A stretch of DNA of 64,000 nt from Leucoraja erinacea (Eukaryota). Made by a program: the position numbers and the translations under genes. The stretch is taken from contig NC_073378.1 of the NCBI RefSeq assembly GCF_028641065.1, positions 87,730,001 through 87,794,000 on the forward strand. The letters run 5' to 3'. A model generated the notes under the pieces. It saw only the letters and a program-made list of their open reading frames with translations. It had not been told where the DNA came from and did not search any database. Of this stretch, positions 26,166 through 38,242 are shown one piece after another (the first letter of the stretch is position 1; every line of letters starts with the position of its first letter).

Positions 26166-27964
26166 TGTCTTATAGAACAGTCCTGCCTTAAGTGAATGTC
26201 AGGCACCCCATTTCATTCATGTCACAGATCTTCATAAAGTTCTGTCTTATAGAACGGTGGCAGTGAATTGTGGCCTTCTCATGAGAAGAGTAATGATGAT
26301 GAGACTGAGTAAAATGGGAAGTTTCATATCCAACGGTCATCTAACAAGAACATGTGAATGATCAGTAGGGATTAAACCCCTGGCTCTACACTTTCTGGAG
26401 CCATCACATTCACACATAATAGGAATGGCAGGAAAAGGAATGGAAATGCTTGACAATATAGTATGTTATTTTCTACTGTTCATTAGAATATAATTTTACC
26501 GTTTTCTCATGTCACGGTTTTAAGTTACTGTGTTATTGTGTCAGTTGTTTATTGTTAAACGAGGATATGTGAATTGATGTGGACCAAGAAGGACGAAGAA
26601 AATGAATGGATGGTTGCTGCCTTACAGGACTGCTTTACCTCATTGGAATTGTGGGCTGTGGTTACGAAGACACTGGGACAGTCGTAGGAAGTTGGCTGAA
26701 ACTGTGAAAGCGACTGACTGCCTGCACAATGATGAGATAATCCCGGGTGTACTAGAACAGCACTCTGAGTGCCTAGCGCTATGCAGTGAGCCATCTTCAT
26801 TCTCTGAAATTGATTTTCATGGATTCATCTGTGGTCAGTACTTTGTTCCTCCTGCAACTGCGTTACCTGCTCTGATGCAAAGTTGTGCACAGCCCAACAC
26901 GGCACAACCATTCTGGAAACCCTGGCTGAATGATTGCCACCAAATCTCTTCAGGCACCTGAAAGGTATACTTGATAGTGGGCAAGAGAACAAAATAGGTA
27001 AAAGTGCATTGCTTGTCTGTTTTAAATTCTGCCTAATCCTGATTTTCTTTTCTAATGAATATTTCACCTCGAACTGGCCATGGGTACAAAGAACTGGCTT
27101 TTGATATTAATTTTGAGTATTTGTTTTGGTATAACCTCCGTCCCATTAACAGAAAAAGGACCTGAAAATATGTAGTGATTCAGCGAGAGCAGTCTGTTAG
27201 CAAAACTGAGGATCAATAGCAATGAAAATGCAACCCATCATATTTTGCTATTGACTCCTGAGCTCCATGTAGCTTGACCTTGTCTTGAACTGACTGTCCT
27301 GCAATCTATACGTATCATTTACTTCAAAGCATTAATTGATTTATGGTTTAACCAGAGAGGCGTGAAACACGTTGTAATGCTCAATCACAGCAGAATGAGT
27401 CCACAAAAAAACATTCATAGTGACAGCAGAGTCGAAAGACATAGGAATATGGGTGAAGTAATGCACATCCCTCTGGGCATTTGATGCAGTCAGACAAGAG
27501 TCCTGCCACTTTCAACCTCACAACCACTGGCACAATCAGTAATCTACTGGAAAATGTACAGAAACCATTTAAAAGAGACAGTCTCTATGGCTTCATTTTT
27601 CAAGGAGTGAAACAATTTCAGATTTGCGTGACCAATGACATGTGAACCATAATGGACTTTTGAACGGATAGTTGTTAAGAGCTTCCCTGACTGGCTCTTT
27701 ATGCCAAAGCTCATGAGAAGTATCACTGCACTCAGATTCACGAAGTTCTTGCAGCACGCAGCAAGACGATACATCCTTCCCAATGCATGGGTGATCTGTC
27801 AACCTGAAGAGATAATGTGCAGCTCTCTCTTGGATTTTGGGGAGAAACCAAGCAACTTGTTTGTTCTGCTAGCTGCAGTCACCCTCAGAAATGCCCTAAG
27901 GTTCCATCCCATGGAAACGCAGTTCAAAGAACCAGTATAATGTTTTTTTGATAATGGCATAATG

Positions 27965-28090
27965 AGTCTGAAGAAGGGTCCTACCCGAAACGTCATGTGT
28001 CCATTTTCTCCAGAGATGCTGCCTAACCCGCTAAATTACCCTAGCATTTTGTATCTATCTTTGGTATAAACCAGCATTTGCAGTTCCTTT
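27965..28090 (+). mobile_element. Solo Penelope terminal repeat with hammerhead motif (27968-27995)
   Basis: CTGAAGA-agggtcctaccc-GAAACGTCA followed by ctccagagatgctgcc...aaaccagcatttgcagttcc. Confidence 0.85.
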
Positions 28091-29009
28091 TTATTACCAG
28101 TAAAATGGTGACAGAGTCTTTCAGGAGAACAGTGCTCAATGTGCCAGGTTCTGGCTTTCTCCTTTCAGATCACGGTGTAAGTGTTAAGGAGAAGTTGATG
28201 CCTGGCTACTTGACAACAAGCTTTGGAGGAGTGGTAGGCAGGCACCAGTCCTCTCCCAAGAACAAGCTGCCATGAGACAAGGGCTGTCACAGCATCGTAA
28301 AGATTTGGTTTGTAATCGTTTTACAATAGTTTTCACAAGTTGGGTTTAGAATAAGCACTAAAACAGATGCAAGGAAAGAAGACTTAATTGACCAGAGAGC
28401 AGTGGGGCTAGTTTTCTATTTTTTGAGTTTGCTCTGTTATAAGAAAATCTACATTTATGTCAGTTTCCATTATTCTAGAAGATTAAACTCATAACAGAAC
28501 AGATGCACTCATTTTGTACTATTTTATTGATTTAAATACTTTTAACTGGCATGACCATAGAGAGGGATAGAGAGCTGATATGTTGAATGTTTTGGGTACA
28601 AAAGTGAATTAAAAGATAATGCCCCTGTCCCACTTGTATCTGTGTTGCTACTTTCAAGGACCTGGGTATCTGTACTTCTTGGTCTCTCTATGACAATCTC
28701 CAGGGATCTACCATTTACTTTGTAAGTCCTGCCCTGGTTTGATTTACCAAAATGCAATACCTCACATTTATCTGAATAAATTTATCTGAAACTCTGTTCA
28801 TTCACTTTGTCACCAATGTCCAAGAAACACTTTGATAAGAAACACTTTTATGTGGATAGCAGTTCAAATGTGGAGCTTGCTTCCATATGACTTAAGTTAT
28901 ACAAAAAGCGTGGTTGTATTTAATGAATAGCAAGATAAGTACCTGAGAGAGAAAGGAACATATCTTAGAAATAGAGCATGCATACAGGCTCTTCAGCCCA
29001 TGTGCAGAT

Positions 29010-29810
29010 GTGGCGTCGAAGGATAAGAAGCCGAAGCAAAGAAATGGAAGCCAAATAACCCAACGGAAACAAAACCGAAAAGCCAACTTACCGAAAGGGT
29101 CGGATGCCTAAAAGCAAACCCACCAAAAGGCTGCTATGCCGAAACACCAACTCACCGAAAGGCTGCGTCACCTACAAGCCAACTCACTGAAAGGCCGCTC
29201 TGCTGAAAAGCCAAATAACGGGGGGGGGGGGGGGGGGGGGGGGGGCCACGGACGTCAACGATTGGTCCAGATCGGGAGAGCGTCCATCACATCACTGGCC
29301 GGTGGAGACGGGAGGGTGCGGGGTCATTTTCCCACACAAGTCATAGGTGACTGGGCACTCTGAACCCGAGCACCAAGTTGTAACCGGCCGAAGGAGCGCA
29401 TGCCTCGGGAGAGCCCCCACTCTCCCACAGCCACGGCTGCCCACCGCCTCGTCTCCCCCATGTGGCCGCACTGTGATGGGCTGTGAGTCGGCAGCGCACA
29501 CACACACACACACAAACGGGGCCGGGTGGAGCAGGTGTGGGACAGGCTGGTCCCTCCACCCACGCAGTCACTGACCGGAATGCACCGACATCGGACCCCA
29601 ACCCCCACACCGGGTTGATTCACCACCGACACCCACACACGAGGTGATTCACCACCCACCCCAGCCGCAGGGACAGACGGCTTGGGGCATTGGCAGCCAT
29701 AGTAAATCGCTTTTAAAACATGGGGATACACAAATTCCCTGGCGGGCCGATGACAAGTGTGCATGACAACGAACAATTGTATCTCCTCCCACTCCCCCCC
29801 CCCCGACAAC
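29010..29810. mobile_element. Unclassified GC/CpG-rich element with ~15-bp periodic ccgaa repeats (probable DNA-transposon end)
   Basis: 29028-29220: repeated gccaac..accgaaa units, then poly-G and a CpG-rich body; no partner terminus seen. Confidence 0.45.
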
Positions 29811-29832
29811 AATAAGCATGTTTTATTTATTG

Positions 29833-30327
29833 TTTAAACACCGTAATGCCGTCTGGTTGCCTGAGCAATGCACACAAGCTCCCACGCACAAACACCAGAT
29901 AATCTGTAATCTGTTTTGTGATGGACACACAAAGCTGGAGTAACTTAGTGGTAGACAAAAGTGTTGGAGAAACTCAGCGGGTGTGACAGCATCTATGGAG
30001 CGAAGGAAATAGGCAACATTTCGGGCCGAAACACTTCTTCAGTCTGGAAGTCAGACCAGAACTCAGTGGACAGGTAGCATCTCTGGAGAGAAGGAATGGG
30101 TGACGTTTCGGGTCGAGACCCTTCAGACTCAGTCTTCAGGTCTGAAGAATGGTCTCGACCCGAAACGTCACCCATTCCTTCTCTCCAGAGATGCTGCCTG
30201 TTCCTCTGAGTTACTCCAGCTTTTTGTGTCCACCTTTGGTTAAAACAGATTACAGGTTGTCTGGTGTTTGGTGCGTGAGAGCTTGTGTGTGTTACGCAGA
30301 CAACCAGACGGCATTACTGGGTTTAAA
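29833..30327. repeat. Nested ~495-bp palindrome containing hammerhead-bearing Penelope repeats
   Basis: Outer arms 29833-29917 and 30242-30327; inner arms 29922-30126 and 30142-30232; extra unit inserted at 29952-30059. Confidence 0.9.
30142..30170 (+). ncRNA. Minimal hammerhead ribozyme motif
   Basis: ggt-CTGAAGA-atggtctcgaccc-GAAACGTC-acc: intact core, helix II ggtc/gacc, 3-bp helix I ggt/acc. Confidence 0.75.
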
Positions 30328-31064
30328 GTTAAAGTTTGGTATTCGTTTTTTTCTGAATTTTCAAGAAATTATTTTGTTTGCCTTTTCGCTTCAGATGCCA
30401 TAACTTTGCATCTTTTTCCATGAAGTCTCAAGGTAAGGAAATTGATTTTTTGAACGAGTACGACATAATTTAAAGCAAAATTTAGAGGGGGTTTCCTGTA
30501 TGTTCCTGGGACAAAACATATAGTTTGTTTTTAAATTTGAAGACTGAAGATCATAGATAATAAGCTCATTCTCACATATTGTAGAGAAACCTAACAGAAT
30601 TAGAAAATAACATAGATACAGATAAAGGCATTCAGCTGCTATTCTGTACAATTACCAATCTTTACATCAACTCCATTTGACACAGTCGATACAGTTTTTA
30701 TAAATGATATCAATTTTTAATCAAATTTTTTCTAATCTGAGTCATGAAAGTGCTATCTCTTTTAATTTATACAATGTTTTGTGTGAATTTAAATATCTAA
30801 ATTATTCCCAAATATGTGATATGCATTAGAAGCAAGATCAGTGAAATAGTCTATCATCTATTTTATTTTTCTTCTGCGCAGAAGCCAGGAGAATGCTTAT
30901 GAACTTTTCTGAAGCATTATATTGAGTAGCTGTGAGCATAAGTATCACTCAGATTGTCTATGCCTATTCCTAATTCATCATTCCATCCAATTAGTTCAAG
31001 AACTGTTCATAAAACCGCATTGGTCCGACGCTCAGAAAAACTCAAATCATCTTTGTTTTTCGGA

Positions 31065-32105
31065 TAGAAGGAAGGGATAGAAAATTGGCTTCATGGAAGG
31101 AAGCAGAGGGTGATGGTGAAAGTTTGCTTCTTGGACTGAAGGCCTGTGACTAGTGATGCTGCGCCCATTACTGTTTGTCATCTATATCAATGATTTGGAT
31201 GAGAACATACATGGCAAGTTCGCAGATGATACAAAAGTAGGTGGTTTTGCAGATAGTGATGATGGTTGTAAAAAGTTGCAGCAGGATCTTGACCGATTGG
31301 CCAGGTGGGCTGAGGAATGGTTGATTGAGCTTAATTCAGAGAAGTGTGAGGTGTTGCATTTTGGAAGTCTAATCAGGGCAGGACCTACACAGTGAATGGT
31401 AAGGCTCTGGGGAATTTTGGAGTGCAAATGCATGATTTCTTGAAGGTGGAGTTACAGTTAGATAGAGTAGTCAAATGGGTATTTGGCACATTGGCCTTCA
31501 TCAGTTGAGTATAGAGGTTGGGAGGCCATGTTGCAGTTGTATAAGACGTTGGTGAGGCCGCATTTAGAGTATTGCGTTCAGTTCTGGCACCATGTTATAG
31601 GAAAGATGTTGTCAAGCTGGAAAGGGTATATAGAGAAGATTTACAAGGATGTTTTTCGGTCTAGACGGTCTGAGCTATAGGGAGAGGTTGAGTAGGCTAG
31701 GACTCTGTTCCTTGGAGCGCAGAAGGATGAGGGTGATCTTATTGAGGTGTAAAAGCTAATGAGAGGAATAGAACGGGTAGATGCACAGTGTCTTGCCCAG
31801 AGTAGGTGAATCGAGGATCAGAGGACATAGGTTTAAGATAAAGGGGAAACGATTTAATAGGAATCCGAGGAGTAACTTTTTCACACAAAGGGTGGTGGAT
31901 GTATGGAACAAGCTGCCAGAAGAGGTAGTTGTGGCATGCACTATCCCAACATTTAAGAAACAGTTGAACAGATACATGAATAGGACAGGTTTGAAGGGAT
32001 ATGGACCAAACGTGGGCTGGTGGGACTAGTGTAGCTGGCCGGTGTGGGCAAGTTGGGCCGAAGGGCCTGTTTCCACACTGTATCGCTATGATTTTTTGAC
32101 TCTAT
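31065..32105 (+). mobile_element. CR1 LINE, 5'-truncated, decayed RT
   Basis: [46 protein letters not shown]; 3' UTR with gggccgaagggcc hairpin. Confidence 0.9.
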
Positions 32106-33149
32106 GATTGCATGACATTGTGCACCGTGTTCCTTTTGAATGGAATTAGTTACTGTGTGTCAACAGGTTAATTAATTCTTCTCAATTCCTACTATAGCAG
32201 AACTCGGCAAGAACTAGAATCCGGCTGATTCTTTGTTTCTTTTGTCCGGGGGCAAAAAAAATTAGAATCTACAAATGCTTTTATGACCTAATTCTGCACA
32301 TAATTATGATCAAACACCAATAACATCTCTGTTTGTCTCAATGGGAGACTAGGCAATATATTAAGAATGACACAGAATGGAGTTTCCAAATGGTATTTTC
32401 ATTTCGACAGCATTGCCTTGGAGTAACTGTCTTTAACTTTCTAAGGTATGGCCATCCATGTATTTCAGGCAAAGATGAGCTCTCTTTCAGAACTGGCTGT
32501 TAATTGTGTTCTATTTAATAAATGTGTAAATTCATCACTTTTTTTATATTTTTGCAATCTTGAGAGAACCATTAATTATTGGGTTTTCTTTACAGGGTGA
32601 AACTTGATGGCTTACCTGGATTGTTAGTTGAAATCCAAATGTTCTCATTAGGTGATTATCTATTTTTTTTCCAGAACTTACCCCAGACCTCTTCATTGGT
32701 ATTATACCTCACAACAGGCACATTAGCAAAGGATCACTCCACAAGATTGGACACAGCAGTAATTAACTCAGGCTAGGCACTGAAAAGGTAGACGGCATAA
32801 AAGAAGAAAAGACTTACAGTTATATAGAAAACAATTGTTCTCTCTGTAATAGATAGAACATATTCATCTTCAGCAGCAAGTCATGGTTCTCTTTGTCTGC
32901 CTGTCTGCTTCTCTCTTGTGAAGCAATAACTTAATCTCAGCAAGATTGAGTAGAGTCTCTGTACCATTTCTGCTAAGAATTGCTACCATAAAAAGATAAT
33001 TAAAACCTAATAAGCTTGTAAAGAGGGATTGAGAGGGAAACAGCAGCGTTATAATTGAAAATATGAGCAGATATGACTGGGAAACGTATTATATTAAAAA
33101 TAAAAAGCAGATTTTCGTTGCATTTAGAATACAGACCAATGCATGTGCA

Positions 33150-33790
33150 ATACATATGTACAGTACCTTGTTTAAGAACATACAACATCGAAAAACAGTA
33201 CAGCACAGGAATAGGCACATGTGTCAGGCAACATGTGTCAGTGGCGTACATAAGGCCAAATTAAACTAATCCCCTCTGCACATATTTTTTATCCCTCCAT
33301 TCCTTGCATATTCATGTGTCTACATTAAAGAAGTGGCCCCATAGCAGAAGTGTCCACGTCGCGGGGCTGTAAACTGGAAGTATACCGAGCTAATTCTGCT
33401 ACCACCATCATCTATTGCAACAAGTGATGGCTCCCACTGATTCTCGCCGGAAGCCTGCGTCATTTTCAGGATGGACGATGACAGCGATGTCAACATTTGA
33501 AACATGGAAGATGAACATGAAAGAAGAAGATAAAAGTTTAAATTTTACTATTGTATCTGTGTCCACCACAACTGACCGTGCATTTCAGGTACCTAACAAT
33601 CGCTGTCTTAAAGACTTGTCCCGTATATGTCGCCTTTATACTTTGCCTCTCTAACTTTAGGACCATGCCTTTGACATTTCCACGCTGGGAAAAAAGTTCT
33701 TACTATCAACCCTATCTCTATCCCTCTTAGAATTTTATATACTTCTATAAGTCTCCCCTCAGCCTCTGATGCTCCAGAGAAAACAATTAT
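33150..33790 (-). mobile_element. CR1 3' end interrupted by an unrelated segment (~33325-33610)
   Basis: aaacagtacagcacaggaataggc tail and cctttgacatttccac.ctgggaaaaaag...ctccagagaaaacaa body. Confidence 0.7.
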
Positions 33791-34049
33791 TCTATTATTA
33801 ATAAATGCTTCTAATATTTCTTGCAGAAGTAATTCTGCGACTTTATCCAGATAGTCACTTTTGTAAGAGCTACAGTTACCAATTTGACTTGAAATTCTTG
33901 TGCACTATGCACACACTTGTCCACCATATCTGGAAGGGTGGAAGCAAACACGCACCAGCCATGCACTCCATGTGTTTATAGAGTAGGCAAATTATAGTGC
34001 AAGTCTTCATGCAACACTGAATTGATACCAATGCAACCTAAATATTCTT

Positions 34050-34200
34050 ATGTGTAGGAAGGAACTGCAGATGCTGGTTATTACCAAAGGTAGTCACAAA
34101 ATGCTGGAGTAACTCAGCAGGTCAGGCAGCATGAATAGGTGATGTTTCGGGTCGAGACACTTCTTCAGACTGAGTGTCATGGGAGAGGGAAACTAGAAGT
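34050..34200 (-). mobile_element. Solo Penelope terminal repeat with hammerhead motif (34140-34168)
   Basis: Reverse complement reads CTGAAGA-agtgtctcgaccc-GAAACATCA. Confidence 0.85.
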
Positions 34201-34611
34201 ATGTACAGGTACAGAACAGATCAGACTCAGCACCAATGGCCAAAGAGCCGTATTCTTATGTTCTAACCATCTCCGTGTAATAAATCATGTCGGGTAAATA
34301 AATCAAATCACAAACCCAGCATTTAGGGGCATGCAGAACCCTAGTCACTCCCATCCTCATCTCACCAATTCTCCTCCTGCTGCACATTATGTTAATTTAT
34401 CAATTGGAAATTGATGAGCTGGTTGTGGCAACCTGCCGTCATTTGATCTTTGGATAATATTGACATCTGAGATATCTCGGGGGATGCTTTGACTGAAAGC
34501 TTGTTCACGCATTAACCTCAACCTGTTCACTGACTGACATGGGAGCTTGGAGATCCCGCAAATGTATTGCAATCTGATAGGAAGATAAAACAGTGTCTGT
34601 AGTCAAAGTGG

Positions 34612-34840
34612 TTTGTTTAGTCTAGTTTATTGTCACGTGTACTGAGGTAGTGAAAACCTTCATTGTGTGTTAACCAGTCAGCAGAAAGACAAAACTTGAT
34701 TACAGTCGAGCCATTTACAGTGTATAGATACATGATAAGGGAATAGCGTTTAGTGCAAGGTAAGACCAGCAAAGTTCAATAGTCAAAGGGTCACCAATGA
34801 GGTAGATAGTAGTTCAGCACTGCTCTCCAGTTGCGGTAGG
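34612..34840 (-). mobile_element. Rex1-associated 3' tail fragment
   Basis: Similar to 43575-43810 and 19545-19680. Confidence 0.7.
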
Positions 34841-35913
34841 ATGCCTTAGGCCTTCAGTAGCCAGTACTACCTGTTAGAAAAGAAGGAATGTAAGAACGGA
34901 CTTCAGGGAGCTGTTTCTCTACATTATACTGATCAAGAACCAATATACATGACGTCTCCATTTCTCTAGGAAGTCCTCATGGAAAAATGCTGCACATTCC
35001 AGCACAAAACAGAGCCAGAACTATAAAGTAGCAATTAGTATCATTGTGATGAAGAATTTTGATATCTCTTCCACTTTTCAAATTGGTGCTGGGATAATAG
35101 TAAGAACTTTCAATTTGATTTATAGATGAACTATATTTTAGAAGAGCAGATTCATTTCCTAGTCCTTGAGTGACAAGCGGTGGGCAGAGTGACAAGAGGA
35201 ATTGTAGGTTTTCTAATGGTGTTGGAGCCATCCATTGCAATCAAACCAGCTTGAGAGTCACAGACCAAAGTTGTTCAGGAAGTACAATGTCTAATACCCA
35301 ACTGGTTTGCAACCAGGCTGAGGAAATATTAATGGGAAATCCTTGGCACCAGAAGAGTAGCCATGTTACACTCATCTATTAGTATTCCTGTGTCAATAGA
35401 TTTAGAGCTAATAGATCATACCAGAGTCGTAATGCTCAAAAGAAGTATGACGTTGCCTCCCAAAGCACCGCAACGCTAAACATCAGCAACATTGAAACAT
35501 CAGCAACTTTAAGCCATGTTTCTGTTCCCCTCTCACAATAGACAATAGACAATAGACAACAGGTGCAGGAGGAGGCCATTCGACCCTTCGAGCTAGCACC
35601 GCCATTCAATGTGATCATGGTTGATCATCCCCAATCAGTATCCCATTCATGCCTTCTCCCCATATCCCCTGACTCCGCTATCTTCAAGAGCACCATCTAG
35701 CTGGCTCTTGAAACTATCCAGAGAACCGGCCTCCACCACCCTCTGAGGCAGAGAATTCCACAGACTCACAACTCTCTGTGAGAAAAAAGTGTTTCCTCGT
35801 CTCCATTCTAAATGGCTTACCCCTTATTCTTAAACTGTGGCCTCTGGTTCTGGACTCCCCCAACATCGGGAACATTTCCTGCCTCTAGCGTATCCAAACC
35901 CTTAATAATCTTA

Positions 35914-36594
35914 AAGCGCTGTCCCACGGTACAAGTTCTGATTCGAACTTGGAGATTTACGGTAATGTCCACTCGTCGGTACTCGGGGCTCTCGTGGAAA
36001 TTTTTCAACATGTTGAAAAATCGTGACGAGTCTTCCCGTGCTTACCTGCCATTAGCGAGTCTTCCAGATTATGTGCCGTTAGCGTTACAAGCCGCTAAGA
36101 GACGTCCCCTAGCTCCGACTTGCCCGCTATGTTTAAGAGCACTATCTAGCTGGCTCGTGGTAACAGGTGGCGCAATGGGCTAAGTGTTCGGCTGGCGACC
36201 GGAAGGTAACCAGTTCGAATCCCGCTTGGAGTGCATACTGTCGTTGTGTCCTTGGGCAAGACACTTCACCCACCTTTGGCTGCGTGTGAATGTGTGTGAA
36301 TGTGTGTGAGTGACTGGTGGTGGTCGGAGGGGCCGTACGCGCAGATTAGCAGCCACGCTTCCGTCAGTCTGTCCCAGGGCAGCTGTGGCTACAGAAGTAG
36401 CTCACCACCACCGAGTGTGACTGAGGAGTGAATGAATAATGCGATGTAAAGCGCCTTGAGTATCTAGAAAGGCGCTATATAAATCCCATCCATTATTATT
36501 ATTATTATTATATTCATTCTCCATGTTTACCATGTTAGATTTTTTTTAAACTCGGCAGAGCTCTTGGAATGGACTGTACAATGGGACAGGGCTA
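35914..36594. mobile_element. PIF/Harbinger MITE with TTA target duplication
   Basis: TIRs agcgctgtcccacggtac / gtacaatgggacagggct; TTA at 35911-35913 and 36595-36597; removing it restores CR1 aataatcttatatgt. Confidence 0.85.
36157..36510 (+). mobile_element. tRNA-derived CORE-SINE with L2-type 3' tail, nested in the MITE
   Basis: A box tggcgcaatgg, B box gttcgaatcc, CORE tgtgtccttgggcaagacactt, stem-loop agcgcctt...aaggcgct, (tta)n end. Confidence 0.85.
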
Positions 36595-36604
36595 TTATAT
36601 GTGG

Positions 36605-36724
36605 GAAACTTTGATTCTGTTGTGTGGGGATGTTTTATGTTGGATTATCGTGCGCTGTATGCTGACCACACATTTCACTGTACCAACTGGTACATGTGAC
36701 AAATAAATGTATCTTGTATCTTGA
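36605..36724 (+). mobile_element. Short LINE 3' tail with (tatcttg)n end, at the site of an internal CR1 deletion
   Basis: catttcactgtacc...ggtacatgtgacaaataaa tail; the CR1 sequence jumps across it. Confidence 0.6.
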
Positions 36725-37286
36725 ATCCCTTCATCTAAATCATTGTTGTATATTGTAAATAGCTGCGGTCCCAAAACAGAGCCCTGCGGTACCCCACTAG
36801 TCACTGCCTGCCATTCTGAAAAGGACCCGTTAATCCCTACTCTTTGTTTCTGTCTGCCAACCACTTCTCTATCCATGTCAGCACTCTACCCCCAATACCA
36901 TGTGCCCTAATTTTGCCCACTAATCTCCTATGTGGGACCTTATCAAATGCTTTCCGAAATTCCAGGTACACTACATCTACTGGCACTCCCTTGTCCATTT
37001 TCCTAGTTACATCCTCAAAAAATTCCAGAAGATTAGTCAAGCATGATTTCCCCTTCATAAATCCATGTTGACTCAGACCAATCCTATTACTGCTATCCAA
37101 ATGTGCCGCTATTTCATCTTTTATACTTGACTCCAGCATCTTCCCCACCACCGATGTCAGGCTAACAGGTCTATAAGTCCCTGTTTTCTTTCTTCTGCCT
37201 TTCTTTAAATGTGGGATAACATTAGCTACCGTCCAATCCACAAGAACTGATCCTGAATCTGTAGAACATTGGAAAATTATCACCAA

Positions 37287-37811
37287 CTAGACTAGGTGGG
37301 ACCCGTTGGGTCCAAGCGTCACACAGGAGGGCTGGTCACCAATGCAATATTCCACCTCTCCACCAATTCCAATACTGCTCGCCAGTGGGGGGGGGCTGTC
37401 TGTTGCGCTAGTATGGGTGTTGCGGGCCGAAGGTACTGGTTTCCAGAGGGCCAGTATAGACATTGTGGGCCGTATGGGCGCTTGGGCAGGCATCCAACTG
37501 TTGCAATGATTTTAAAAGCCAAGCCAAGGCAAACAATTGGGCTGCAGCCACCCAACAACCAAAATTCACTTTGTGAACACAAACTTGTTAAAAAAAAAAG
37601 GCGAGGCAAACAATTGGGCTGCAGACACCCGACAACCAAAATTAATATCTCTCGCACTTTTCATCGACGGAAGAAATCCTCCGCACTCATACGGCAGAGG
37701 GGGGCTCTGAATGAGGTGGCCAAAAATGACAGCCGTAGGTGGCGGCGTTCTCTCGTAAATTGCAGCACAATCGGCCAAAAGCGGTCAAGATCGGAGATTT
37801 AGTAATATAGA
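37287..37811 (-). mobile_element. Non-autonomous Helitron with canonical ends
   Basis: Minus strand: 5' TCTATATTACTAAAA ... ggacccaacgggtcc hairpin ... CTAG 3'; inserted between A37286 and T37812 of the CR1 (atcaccaa|tgtgtcca) with no TSD. Confidence 0.92.
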
Positions 37812-38242
37812 TGTGTCCATGATTACCAGAGCCACTTCCTTAAGTACCCTGGGATGCAGACCTTCAGGCCCTGGGGATTTATCAGCCTTCAGTCCCATCA
37901 GTCCACCCAACACCATTTCCTGCCTAATGTGGATTTCCTTCAGTTTCCCCGCCACCCCAGATCCTCTGGCTAGTACATCAGGGAGATTGTTTGTGTCCTC
38001 CTTAATGAAGACGGATCCAAAGTACCTGTTCAACTCATCAGCCATTTCCTTGTTCCCCATACTAAATTCACTTTTTTCAGTCTTCAAGGGTCCAACTTTG
38101 GTCTTAACTAACTTTTTTCCTCTTTACATACCTAAAGAAGCTTTTACTATCCTGCTTTATATTCTTGGCTATCTTACCTTCATACCTCATCTTTTCTCCC
38201 CGTATTGCCTTTTTAGTTATCTTCTGTTGCTCTTTAAACATT

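Noticed and set aside
36157-36235. tRNA gene
   Set aside because: A and B boxes belong to a SINE head that continues into CORE and LINE-tail sequence.
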